This document shows positions 37,750 to 64,000 of a stretch of DNA of 64,000 nt, one piece after another. The notes under the pieces were generated by a model, which saw nothing but the letters and a program-made list of their open reading frames with translations, was not told where the DNA came from and searched no databases. The stretch comes from Bugula neritina (taxonomy: Eukaryota > Animalia > Bryozoa): the NCBI GenBank assembly GCA_964035545.1, contig OZ037765.1:23869504-23933503 (forward strand), given 5' to 3'. Position 1 is the first letter of the stretch. Each line of letters begins with the position of its first letter. Both the position numbers and the translations under genes were made by a program.

Positions 37750-39306
37750 TATGACCAGTATTACAAAATATTAAATTATAATAAAAAATACTAATATTTT
37801 ATTGTGCAGCTTTTACATTATCCAATAGCTGCTTTATCAAATATGTGACCATACATTTCATGTGTATTATTTTCCTAAACCTATTAAAATAAAACGATTT
37901 TGACTTGGTTTTTTAGCATGGCTCACTTATATAAGCTTATTGTTCTGTATTAAATCATTTTTATTTGAAACAATAAAGCGCTACTCTGCTATACCTTTTA
38001 TGAATTTTCACCTCCTGAATTTTATAAATATGTCTAAAAGCAGCAAGATCAGTGTCAGAATTTGTTGTCTTGAGTCAGTTGAAAATAATCAGCATGGTTG
38101 TTGAAATTATATTACTTCATTGAGCCTACTTTTATTTTTGCCAATATTTTTGGTAGTTAATATCTGTAGTTATGCAATACACTGTACAATTATATATTAT
38201 TGTAATTGCATGTATGCAGGTCATTGTAAAAATATAGGCATCTGTTGATCAGTAGGATTATTGTTAACATAGATTAAAGAACAGTCAAATGCATACTAAA
38301 GTATGATATAATCTTCTAGTATGTAGATTTCTGAGGAATACTACATACAGGTATTAATTCAGATTTGTGCTTAGTAAAGCTATTATGCTCACCCAAGATA
38401 TTTTTGGCTCATTATAAATTTCGACTTGTACTCTACATAATGCAGAGTGTGTGTTGTGTGTGTTTATTTCATCATATAGACATTTACACTGATTATAAAA
38501 TAGATGAAAAAAGAACCGACAAAATTATCAAAAGAAAATGTAACAAGGAAAATAATTATTTGAAGATGATGATGGGGCCCTATGCGAAAAGGCAAAGCCA
38601 GCAAGAACTCGAGCCCGAGTCAGTAGCGCATCATACAATTAATAAACAAATAAAATGTTCACTCTGTATAGAGATAAGGTGGCGTCTCAGCTCCACCTTA
38701 AAATTACCAACCAGAGTAATATGCTCTATAAAATAATTTAGAGGCGGCAAAACTTTGAAAGCAATTACCAACATGATAAGATTACTCCTATAGCGCCTTT
38801 TTGAGAACCTTAAGCTTCTGACAAGTTCTAATTAATATCCATCAAGTTAGTTAGAATGAGTTTGTTATACAAACTTTCTAAAAATGTCAAGAAAATGTTA
38901 GTCGACAGTGTTTAGTACTTATAGTAGGCTACTTATAGTTACATATATAATTGAATATATCAATATTTTGGCAATACCCTACTGATACTTGACTTTATTC
39001 TATGTGCTACGCTTTTTATCTTATTAATTGTGCGAGAAAGTGTTATTATGGCTGCAAATATCTAATAAAATGATTGAATTACAAAGTTTTATAATGTAAT
39101 CGTGGTAGGAAACATTTATTTCAATTGTTTATAAAAGTTGAGATCTGGAAAAGTTCTCCATTACACTTAGCATTTGCTAAATGAAAAGATTAAGTATTGC
39201 TGAAAAATCATCAATTTGCATACCAGATATTCAAATAGATTAGATTATGGAAGAAGACGTGCAGAATAAGTAAAGTATGTTATACCCAATAGATGTTAGT
39301 GAAAAT

Positions 39307-42300
39307 TTAGGCTGTAGCATCGCAAGCGTTGCACCAGAGTCTGCAGTTGTCAAGCATGAATTTTCTGTAGTCTGGCTCGGTACAATCAGTAGCCTTAAAG
39401 AGGTGACAATCTTTATCTTTGTCAACACAAGGGGCCTTGGTAGTTGTTACAGTCGAAGCTATAACAAAAAGTGCTGAGACTTAGTTGTCTATTACATTTA
39501 CAATAATATGTTATACATGCTGTTAATTTAGTAACAACCTAAAAAGAGAATAATTGATATGCTATAAACAAATTTTATATATTTGATGAATAAAATACTG
39601 TTCGTATACAAATATACACTTTTCAAACAACTTGCAACTTATTGTAGTTGGTTGTCAGTAAATTGCATAGTATAATGCACGCTTGAAGCTGAGAAATTAA
39701 AATAAATAAAGTATAAGTGGTATAAATTTTGAGAAAATGTTGAACCCTAAAATTCTAAGAAAACCAAAATTGGTTTTACACTGCTATATCCTGTTGCGTA
39801 CTATTATAAGCTTGTGAACATATCTTTCCTTAGTGACAGAAATGAAACAGTTAAATAATTCATAGCGGATTAACTTGGTTCTACCAAAGACAGTATTAGC
39901 TGTTTGGTTATATAATTAGAATGTATAGTATGGAATAATCTAGAATTGTTAAGGTGATGATTGGTGAGTTATTAGAATTTATTGAAAGCTATAATATAAA
40001 CAATACTTTAGTAAACTTACTGCATAATTTACAATAAAGTGGACAGTTCTCTCGAGCATAAATTTTGTAGTCAGTACACATGTCTAGACCATATTTTGTA
40101 CAGTCTTCTTTATCCTCACATTTAGTTACCAAAGGCGGAGTTACTACAAACATACAAATAAGCTATGTCAGCTTACAAGCTTAAAAGCCTACTTCTTTGT
40201 GAAGGAGAATAATTGTTATAATCTCATTTTTAAACATATTTAGGTAGTGCTACATATCCAAGGCGATATCACAATTCCTCTCTGAAAAAATCGCACACTA
40301 ATAGTGAACGCACAAAATTCAACTATGATTGTTTAAAGACTTTGTAACTTTCTGATCTCTAACGCTTTTGTGCAGTAGAAAGATTTGAACTTCATAATTT
40401 TACATCAACATAAATGAAGGTATATGTACTGTTCATAAACTCCATAAAAACCCATCATGTACTTCATAAATGATGACTTGTGGCTTAATTAATGATCTTT
40501 TTTAGACATTATGTCCACTTGTCCTCTTGAACATATAATGCCAATAATATAGAAGTGAAGCTAGTGTTGTTACCAGCAGTCTGGTTAGGACACAGGCCAC
40601 ACCTCTGCGGACAAGTTCTCTTAGCCCAATCAGGATATTGAACACAAGTAGTGGCAGTGTACTTTGAGCAATCTTCAGTATCCAAACAAGGACGCGTGGT
40701 CACACCTGTTCAGTAAAGGTCAATCGCCAGACTTAGTTATAAGTTTTAATATACTAAAAAACATATTCATTTAGAGTCACCGGGAGAAGATGGTGTTATT
40801 GTTGTCAGCTATAATGTTTTCAGCCTCAAGTTATGCTAGTCATATAATTTAAGGGCTTCAAATCAGCAAAAGGACCATCTTAATTGGCTGATGACTCTTT
40901 CTGGAATTAAGACGATATTAGGATCTAAACCACTAGCCTAGCACTTTATGTGTTTACTATGTCTTTATTCACATGCAATATTAACACATTAATCAAAGGT
41001 TCTTCACGCATAAAATATATTTTCAAAACAATTTTCAAATTTTGTTTTGCACTGATAGGAAACCTCAAGTAAATTTTTACAAATTAATGGCCCTTTACAG
41101 TTGCTTAAACATTTTGTGTAAAGAAACAAAAGCCAAGATCAAAATTTGTAAATACTAATGAGCATGATAATGTGTTGTAATAATTACTCACAAGATGGCT
41201 TCTCTGTGCAGAATCCGCAATACAAATTACAGTTGCTTCTGAAGAATGCTTCATATCTGGCTTCTTTGCATGTTGCAATATCGTAGCCATTGCAGTTTCT
41301 GGCAGCATCATAGCAGTTGGGGTCACATGGTGTAAACGGTGTTGTAGGGGTGGGAGGTCGGGTTGGGCCAGCAGTTGTTGGTAAAGTAGTGGTTGGAGTT
41401 GTAGTTGGTGGGATAGGTGTTGTTGTTCTGATTATTCCTTTAATAATCATTAGTCAAAATATATTTATATGGAGTCTTTACCAACATAGGACATTATATT
41501 ATAGTTCTCACTTCTTGGCATTGTGGACCAGTATACTTATATATAGCTACTGTGTATTTACATGAGAGCGAATCAGAAAACACTCTATGATATAATTATA
41601 AAAATGGACTTTACAATATGGCAAAAATGAGTGGTGCTTACAGTTAGCATTAGTTTTAATATCTATAAAGACTGAGGTGCTTAAAATTTTTGTAATATTC
41701 TGTTTTCAACAATAATTTTTGATTCAACAGTCTTAATTAAAAACATTTATTTAGCTAAAGATTAAAGATAGTTTTGCTAATATCTGTTATTTGTGGTAAC
41801 ATTGTTTACCCTGGCAGCATAATTTAATGCAATATTGTAACAATTAATTCATTATTTTTCTTATCAATATACATAAGTTATAATATATTCAATGCTAAAT
41901 CAAAAGAATTTAAAAATTGTCATTTTATAGAAAATAGCACAATCTATAATATATTATGTTTGTGTTACTACAGACTTTCATAACAATTATGGAAATTATC
42001 TATTTAGCAATACATTAAAAATTTATTGTCAAGTTAATTTAAATCCTACATTTTTAATACCTGGAATATAATAATACCAACTTACATTAATTAGGCTGGT
42101 CAAGAAATACAATGATTGCTAGTAACAAGCAATGGTGCTAGTCTGCACTTACCAGTTGGATTTATAAATTGACAAAGGTTGCAGTATCTCGCACAATTCT
42201 TAATAGCATAGCCTCTATACTTCATATCTGTACAAACATCAATCTTTAAGTTGCAATCAGGAATTGCGTCCACGCAGGGCTTGGGAGGTGGGTAAACTTT

Positions 42301-45300
42301 GATGCAGCCTGCTGGGCCTGCAATAGATTAAAAATTTGCATATTAGTTATAATATAGTTATTTGCTCGAATATCTTGGAATTATAAAATTTACGAATCAT
42401 TTAAACATAAACATGGTTTTTAATATGGTGATATAGCCACACAAAACACCTTGCTGCTTTGCATTTTTTAATTTCAAACTTGGGGGGTTATTGACTCAGC
42501 GTTTTGCATTCTATTTCATCTTTGTGCGTAAAAATGCAGTCACTTGGTAGTCTACGTCAACTCTGAATACTGAGCAAATATGACTAGTTAGACATATATA
42601 AATACTAGATGTTTTGAACCAAACAACACAATTACAATTTTTGCTAATTATACTCAATTTGAAGTTATTTCATGGATATAACTAATTTGCCACACACCAC
42701 TTGTTTGAATAAAGACAAGCTTTTGTTGATGGGTTTTTATGTATAACTGTGCCATAGTTACTTTTTTGCAACTTTAAGAAAAATTTATATGTGTAATTTT
42801 TCAGGGTAAAAGTTATTAACATAAATTGTCAAACAATATTGGACAAAATAGACAAAATTAAAAGTATTTGAACTAGCAGCTTCTTTAGCATTTTTCATGC
42901 TAATAAATTTTATCTAGCCATAAAATTTAATTCAATTTTAGTCAGACTCAGCTAGCTTTTTATAATTGGTGTGAAAATTTCCAGTGTCATTTTTGAAAGT
43001 ATTTTTTATTTTGAAAACACAACATTTGGTCGTTGTAGTGATGAGTTTACCTTGCGGACCTCGTGGTGTAATGGTTAGCACACTTGCTTGCAAGCCAAAG
43101 GTCTTGGATGCAAAAGTTTTTTTTTATACTCGTGTTTTTTAATTTATAAAATTATTTATATCAATTTATAGAAACTCAACAAAAAAAAATAAGCAGGAGC
43201 CCAATTTTAGCTACAGAAGATCATGCGATGAGATCTCAAAAGACATGTACGTATAGTAAACAGCAAAATGTAAGCTTCTATTAGGAGCAACTCACACGCT
43301 ACTAATGATGCGTATGTGTATTAAACTGGTAAGAAGCAAAATTGTTAAACTTCTATAAAATTTATAAATTAGTATTTGAAAAGTCAGTAAAGTTAGTATA
43401 AGGCAAGACTCACATAAATCACAGAATACAGCACAGTTATCCGTAGCAAACTTTCTATATTTGGCCTCGTAGCAGATATGGGTGCCATAGCCATGGCAGT
43501 CTTCCTCAACGTCTTTACAAAGACAAGGAGCTGCTGCTGTGGTTGGTGGTAGAGTAAATCCTACATAATATCAACAGTAAAACAATGTAGCTTATACTCT
43601 AGAGGCCTAGATTTTATAAAGTCAGGTTAGGTTGTGAATCTTATTATGTTCACATTTGCATGTAGCAATGTAAGAATGCTTACATCAACTGAACACTTAC
43701 GCTGTAATATGATATTATAATAGTAGCTCTTGGAACAACAATATGATCAATTTATCAGCTACTCACTTTATAATAGGCAGTGGTACTGATATGTGAACAA
43801 ATTGTGACAGATATAGAAGTAATAGTAAAACCAGAAATTGTAAGCAAAACATAATTTTACTAAAAAAGATACATTTAAGCTTGCAAGATATCTATGGTTA
43901 TGCTTGACCTAGATCAAAAATTTTGTCAATTTAAATCTAGCTGTTCAAAAAAATAATTTTACAATGAAACCAAATGAACAAAAAAATACAACACAGTATG
44001 TTTATAAAACTAAGTATCTTTTGTTATGAATCCCAACCTTGACATAGCTTGGCAGCTAGTCCTTGTTCAATGGAAGCCAGCTGACCAAAGTTGTTAACCA
44101 GATAGACAAAGCTTGGATCACTGGCTAAAGATCTCAGCTCTTTCTGATTAATTTCTTGGCCAATACCCACAGAAAATATTTCAATTCCTGCCTTTTTAGT
44201 TGCACTATAAATACAAAAACACAACATATCTTATTGGTTTTCTGTAGGAATTCCAATTTACATAACAAATAACATAAAATAGTATATGAGTGCAAAAATA
44301 TGTTAAAATAATTAGTTTGTTATTATATGTGATAACCAAATAAAACTTCATTAAATTATATAGATTGCATTATTTGTATTATATTACTACAAGTTTATAG
44401 GTTTATAGGCAACAACAAGAAATGGGGCAAATCCAAAGACACAACTTACATACTGTTTTATAACCACTTACTTTCCCTCATACTGGGTTCGATAGGTATC
44501 TTGCCCCTGCCCGTCTGTCACTAGGATGGCAATGTTAGGAACATTAGGTCTATCGCCATTAGCTGTAGTGAATGCCACATCTTTCATATACTTCAGAGCA
44601 TCGCTGATTACTGTGCCTTTACCCTGGTTGTAGGTCATACCTTGAATGTGTTGCTTGGCAGCATTGGCATCCCTAAAGCAGCAAAACAAGATGAAAAAGT
44701 TTGTCAAAAGCAAACAGTAAATTAATAGAATAATTAATGTTTATTAGTTTTATAGTTAAAATAGAATCTTATATATTTTGTGTGAACAAATTGAAGTAAA
44801 ATATGCAATAATATCCTGAAAAGGTTTTTGCTAGCAGCTAGGAGTGATATTAAATTGCCTGGCAGTGTAGGGCTTGTTTACTACATCAAATTGTGTTGAC
44901 ACATAATATATTAAGAACTTTAGCTTTACTTTTGACAAAAGTGTATAGCCTAAAAGTATTATTTTAAACAAGGTGAATATTTATCTGTTATATTACATTA
45001 TATTATATTATATTGCATTATATTATTTTACATTTATTATTATAAACTATATTACATTATATTGCTCTTTATTATATTGCATTGTATCAAACTATTTTAC
45101 ATTATGTATTATATTACATTATATTACGTTATATTCTAGTATATATTTACGCACGTGTACTGATTGAGCTGAAACTCCAATGAGACTTTATCATTAAACT
45201 TCAACATTCCAACTCTGATTGCAGAGAAGTCCAACTTTGACACTAAATCACTAAGAAACACTTTGGTTAGATTGTAATTCTGAACACCAACGGAAGTTGA

Positions 45301-48300
45301 GGTGTCCACCGCAAAGAATATGTCAGCCGAGTTCACTCTGCATCCTGTGAATTGAAAATGTTTTTGTGTTTTCCGGAGTCATCACCAGCATAAAACCATC
45401 ATTTACAATATATTTGTAGAAAAAAACTTACTTAGCAGTTGAAGATTGGCATCAATCATATAATCAAATAATATTTTATATAAGAAATCAAAGACAAAGA
45501 ATTTTATTTAAAGAATTTTACCTGCAAATGGCCCAGTGGTTGGTGGAGGCGAAGTTACCAGCTTAACAGCAACTAAAAAGATAAAAAGTGATACATTGCA
45601 TGGCTGTAAACTCTAAACAAGTATGCATCTATATATAATTAAAAATATTATCTATATGTATAATATATCAGGGGAAAGGTTATCTGTAATCAGTGTAAAT
45701 GGAGTTTTGCACTTTAAAAAACTCTTACAACTCTGCAAACAGTTTGAGGTCTACAGAATTCTATCTTATAGCAATTTTATTCTTAATTTCATTTCAAAGC
45801 TAAAGTGAAATCGAAAAAATCAACACTTTCAGTTTTTTAAATTTGTGTTTCTCTTTGTATTAGCAACATATTTTAAAATCTAGGCGCTGTAAAAATCTGC
45901 TCTAAAAGCTAAAATTATACACCTGGTCTTGACACCTCTATATATTCAGTGGACCCCACCATCAGATACTCAACTGTGCAGATGGGCTACACACATTAGC
46001 TACATCTAGCTTTTTTCTAAGCTTGTACTGAAGGGTATTTCGTTACACTATCATGTATATTATACTGTGCAACTTTAAAAATGTTGCCTAAACTACTAGT
46101 ACATAATAATTATTGGTATGTGTACTTGCATCACGCTACTGAAGGAAGCCTCTAATTAAATATTATCAAGCAAGAAAGAGTTAATTTAAAAAATAATAGT
46201 CAATTCTTCTGCATCCATATTTCAAATAATGCAATAAATCATATTGCTAGCTTGGGAACATTTAAAGGTGATTTACATTTTTTTTAAAAAACTACCAGGT
46301 ATTCTAAATGCTGTTCACATGCTATACTTTGACTTTAATTATTGAATAAAAGCTTTCAGTTTTTAGAATGATACTAATTATTATTTTAAAAATAGTCGAT
46401 TAAAATTTAGTGTTTTCGCCAATGTTTAATTCATGAAAATTTTAAAGGATTTCTATCACCAATTACAATTGTACCTCAAACAAAATATAGTTATGCAAAC
46501 ATTTTCTTTACTGTAAGTAAAACCAAATGAGTTAACAACACTAGGTTTATACTGCTATGACTCTTGTAGGAAGTGTAATCCTAGAGTGTCCGAGGACATC
46601 ACATATTTAACAGCATTGATTTTGTTTTGCTAAAAAAAACTGTTATTGTAGCCATTAAAATGCATGAGCCCATTTTTTTCTTTCTGTGTTGATTCATCAT
46701 CAAGTTCTAAGCTTTCAAGTAACAATGCCCTCTAATTTGCAGATGCAATGTACATATTCATAGAAGAGCTGCTATTTAATTTGTTAAACTATTGACATAA
46801 TGTATATATGCTTACATACACTCATATATACTTTCACTGACTTAGGAAAATATTGCCGAGAGATTAAGTTGATGAATAAGACAACTGTTGATTACAGGTG
46901 AGTACTTATTAAGCAAAGTACAGCAAAAAATTACCTTGACAGGCTTCTTTGTTGAATTTTTTCTGAATCTGAGCCAATTTGCTAAAATCTCTGACGTCAT
47001 AGACATAGCTTTTGTCTGAAGCAATTCCTTCCAGCTCATCCGTCTTTGCACCACCAATTCCAACAGCAAAGACAGTTATTCCCCTTGCATGTAACGATTT
47101 GGCACTGTTAATTGTTTGCTGTTTGTTATTACTTGCTCCGTCAGTAAGAACAAACAGGATATTAGGCACTCCTGCTCTAAAATTTAGTCAAAAAACTTCG
47201 ATATAACGGAATGAAATAGAAATGTTTGCTACATTTAAATTACCATAACCTAAAAAGTTTAACAGATATAAAACAAACCTCATGCCAGCTGCTGGTTGAA
47301 ACAAAGAATCTCGCACTTTGAGCAAACCGGCACTAGTGTTTGTACCTCCATCAACTTTTCGGGCAGTTTTTATTGCAGCTACTACTTGAGATGTTGAGGT
47401 ATATGCATTGAAGTCAAATATATTGTAAGCTGAAGTGCTGAATCCAACCATGCCCACTCGGACTTTGTTTGGAGCAATGTCGTATGCATCAATAACTTTG
47501 GCAGCAAACTCTAAAGACTAAACAGAAGTAATGATGTAATGTAATATAATGTAATATAACATAATATAATAAGTGATACAATATAATATAATATTGTAAT
47601 ATAATAAGCATAAATCAATAATTATAAGACTTTTTGATTCTATCAAAATAAATGTCTCTAAATAATGGTTCATTAGGAAATAATTAAATGAAAAGCAGCT
47701 GAAATTAACATTTGAGAAAGTCAAAAATGTATTTCATGATTAATCTAAACTAATTTGAACTAGATTTTCTGGTATAGACTTTCAATGCAATTCAATGAAG
47801 TAATTTATACTATATGTATTATATATGAGAATAGAGAGCAGCCATGGTCGAGAGGTTAGAGCGTTTGCCTAGTAAACACGAAGGTCATAGATTCGAGCCC
47901 AGACAAAGGCCATTGGTGATGTTAGGAAGAGCATCCAGTCATAATTGCTCCTGTGCACCATCTGAATAAGTCCTTAGCTCGATTTAACAAAAACTCTTCT
48001 ATCAGGAGTTTTCTTACAGGGATGGCAACTATAAACTTGCGCGAGTATTATATATGATAATAAAAAGAAACCAAGATACCTGTCTCCACTCGTTATTATC
48101 GACACTCCCACTAGCATCAACCAGAAATCCAATGTCAGCAGTTTCTATAACACAGGGAGTGGTGGGCTTGACGGTTGTAGTGGTTGGTGTAGTGGTTGGT
48201 GTAGGGGTGGTGGTAGTTGAAGGTGCCAGCTTGACCGCAACTACGAGGCAAGTAAAAAGAAAGTTGGTATCCCCAGAGATAAATAACTTTGTTTACTATT

Positions 48301-50102
48301 ATTGAAAGCAACGTCTTAGTACAAAAGTTGTTTACCTTTACATGTTTCTGTGTTGAATTGGTCTTGAATTGCAGCTAGTTTGTCAAAGTCTTGGATGTCG
48401 TAGACATACTCATTTTTGGTTGCGATATTTTTCAACTCAGTTAATGTTGCGCCGCCGACTCCCACAGAAAACACTGTCACATTTCTTAAATGAAGAGATT
48501 TAGCGCTGGCTGTGGTTTTAGATGGTGTATTACTTTGTCCATCAGTTATAACAAAGAGTATATTTGGCACTCCTGGTCTATAATTTAATAACAAAAATAG
48601 TGTTTACAAGATATTTCAGGCATGAAAAAAGATACGTATATGTAATAAAATTGTATTATTAATACCTATACTTATATAATGGAGTTGATTATGCATACGC
48701 AAATTTTTACATACATTGATAATTGAGTCATTTGAAAATTTTAAAAACTTTAAAGAGAAACAAACTTTAATTTTTAAAACTGTGAATTGTCAAACACCAA
48801 CCTCATGCCTGCAGATAATTGGAAAAGAGAATCTCTGGCCAGATTTAGAGCCAAATCAGTTGCCGTTAAACCACTGACTTTTTGGGCAGCTCTGATAGCT
48901 GCTACAGTTTGGGCTTTTGTAGAGTATTTGTTGAAATTAAACACAGTATAGGCCGTATCACTGAATCCAATTAAACCTACTCTAACTTTGTTAGGTCCAA
49001 TGTCATATCCTTCCACAACTTTGGCAGCAAACTCCAAAGACTGAAAATTTGAACAAGTCACAAAAAGTTTGATCATAAATATAACTTAAGAGTTCTGCAA
49101 AAGTTTAAAACTCTAAAATACTTTTCTTATGATGTCATCAAGTGAATTTTTATATAAAATCATAGCTTAACCTGCTAAAGCAGTAAATGTTATTCTATAA
49201 TGCTAAGTGTTAGATTCCCATAAAAGGTAAAACTTTACTACCGTTTCGTTTCCATGACTGTGCATTATGCGAATGGATGGATTTGTGGTTGCGGTTTGCA
49301 TTAACTTATGATTGCTGTCTCATTAGATGTAACTGTTTCCATTAGGCAAATAAAAAATCTATTTGCATAATTTGAATCATGGAAATGCAGTGTATTTAGC
49401 AACCAGTAAATATTTTATAAAAAGTATTGTTCAATAACAATTATTTAAGGCTCACAAGTAAACAGCAAATAATTCTATAGAGTTTCTTTCAGTATAACAG
49501 TAACTTGTTAGAAGAGGATAAAAGTTGTACCTGCACATTGTATTAAACAAACATCTTTTGAGCTTTTAAAGTATCAAATTGGTTTACGATGAATTTGGTA
49601 TAGTGAGTAAGAGCCCTCATGTTAACAAGTTGGCACAATTATTAAGCATTAAACAGTCAATATAAAAGATATTTTTATTATAACAATAGTTGTAAATCAG
49701 AGTTATACTAATTTTTTGTTAGCTTTAGTGTCATTTGATGTCAAACAAGTTACTCCGATATACTAAAAACTTGTAAAACAAAGTTGCATAAATAAATACC
49801 TTTATCCAATTAGCTTGGCTAACGCTGCCACTAGCATCAACAATAAAACCGATGTCAGCTGACTTTACAACACATTTGTTGGGTTTTGGTGGAATTGGTA
49901 TGCCAGGAGAAATCTGTGCATTGCAAGCAATAACTAAAAATGAAAAACATTTAAAGAATATAAATAAATATGTGAAAAGTAGAAAAAGTGTTGTTAAGGC
50001 AAACCAGAAACGCAATCAAACATTAAAAACTGTTGGAAGGTTTATTATATTACAGTTAGCTATATTACCAGAGGTCAAAAGGATGAGAGTAAGAGCCCTC
50101 AT
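39307..50102 (-). CDS. Secreted protein: signal peptide, 3 vWA domains, Thr/Pro linkers and 6 ShKT domains; 17 exons, about 954 aa
   Basis: Signal-like start MRALTLILLTSVIACNA. vWA MIDAS motifs DASGS, DASGS and DTSTS, each with a later T and TDG. Six C-x-D..C..C..C-xxx-C-xx-C units. Phase-consistent exons: 50069-50102, 49800-49933, 48802-49040, 48336-48577, 48080-48240, 47279-47517, 46935-47176, 45522-45572, 45155-45344, 44472-44672, 44038-44204, 43414-43560, 42153-42317, 41192-41437, 40574-40705, 40021-40143, 39307-39458. AATAAA on the minus strand at 39115-39120. Confidence 0.9.
43056..43110 (+). mobile_element. Truncated tRNA-like repeat head
   Basis: gacctcgtggtgtaatggttagcacacttgcttgcaagccaaaggtc has a good A-box (TGGTGTAATGG), but the T-arm/B-box is lost. 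It is related to 29911-29980. Confidence 0.5.
44990..45140. repeat. Degenerate 5-bp (tatta/tacat) low-complexity intronic repeat
   Basis: Visible periodic AT-rich tract. A similar tract in the opposite orientation lies at about 47525-47605. Confidence 0.7.
47838..48030 (+). mobile_element. tRNA-derived SINE
   Basis: A-box TGGTCGAGAGG and B-box-like GATTCGAGCCC are followed by a non-tRNA body (ccattggtgatgttaggaagagcatccagtcataattgctcc). A second copy is at 25-118. The 3' boundary is approximate. Confidence 0.75.
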
Positions 50103-50134
50103 TTTGTGTCTTGTTGCAATGAGGAATCACTATC

Positions 50135-50171
50135 AACTGACTTGAGATTCAGTATCAGTTTACTTTTAATA
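50135..50171 (-). promoter_or_regulatory. Putative TATA + Inr core promoter of the vWA-ShK gene
   Basis: On the minus strand TATTAAAAG starts at 50171 and TCAGTT (Inr-like) is at 50140-50135, about 33 nt apart. The Inr A lies about 36 nt upstream of the ATG at 50102. Confidence 0.4.
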
Positions 50172-50750
50172 TCTTTGGTTCCACCTACTTGCGTATGGTG
50201 CAAAGTTTATTTGATAAAGTGATAGTTTATCATTAATGTTGGTGGTAAATATTAGCCAATGACTGGCAAATATTTGGAAGTTTCCAGAATATTTAATCGC
50301 TGCAGGCACATGCACTACATTCTCAGTAATTAAATGAAAAAAGATGTGTAATAAGATCACAATCATAGCAAGAAACAAGTAGATTGTAGTATGATTTAAT
50401 TTTATTATAGTTATTTAATAACATTCATGTGAGCATAAAACATAGGACATGCTTGGAAGAAGTTCGACATATGCTAAACTTGAAAATATTTCAATATAAA
50501 TATGAAAAATTGGACGGCATGTTCAAAATAGTATCACAAATTGCAAATATAAAAGTTGTATAATGTATAGGAAAATCATAGTATAAATATCGTCACTCAT
50601 GACTAATATAAATACATTAAATATGATAATAAATATATATATAAATAGAATGTGATTTAAACATATATCAAACACATACTATTTATACAAATACAAAAGT
50701 TCATTTATTTGTATCAAAAGCATACCATTTAAGAAAATAACGAAAGAGAT

Positions 50751-64000
<13,250 letters not shown>

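Noticed and set aside
38560-38705. GC-richer patch with small hairpins (taaggtgg/ccacctta) as a snoRNA or ribozyme, and ORF 38365-38736
   Set aside because: There is no properly placed C/D or H/ACA box pair or hammerhead core, and the ORF has no recognisable motif or splice context.

Overview
AT-rich, intron-rich eukaryotic (metazoan) DNA, probably an invertebrate lophotrochozoan; the taxon is an inference from composition and gene content. It is not prokaryotic, so most entries in the ORF track are exon fragments read through into introns. Five host genes were reconstructed by hand from GT-AG sites: (1) a single-exon 76-aa SERTA-motif microprotein (+, 4590-4820); (2) a complete 31-exon KIF21-type kinesin-4 (-, 6091-28681, about 1778 aa); (3) LSM1 (+, 36262-37749, 134 aa); (4) a 17-exon secreted protein with 3 vWA and 6 ShKT domains (-, 39307-50102, about 954 aa); (5) the 3' part of a very large coiled-coil protein gene (-, 50751 to the window end). 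An internally deleted, intron-containing P-element/THAP9-like transposon with terminal inverted repeats sits between the divergent KIF21 and LSM1 5' ends. Other repeats are a PIF/Harbinger-type MITE, two tRNA-derived repeat families and several tandem repeats. The most interesting observations are: ShK domains keeping the toxin's KY dyad (one reads MKYR), a SERTA-only microprotein, a 6-bp 'drifting hexamer' periodicity next to putative promoters, a recursive-splice-like AG|GTAAGT site just before the LSM1 start codon, and an RBFOX/QKI-flanked 51-nt cassette exon candidate in KIF21.
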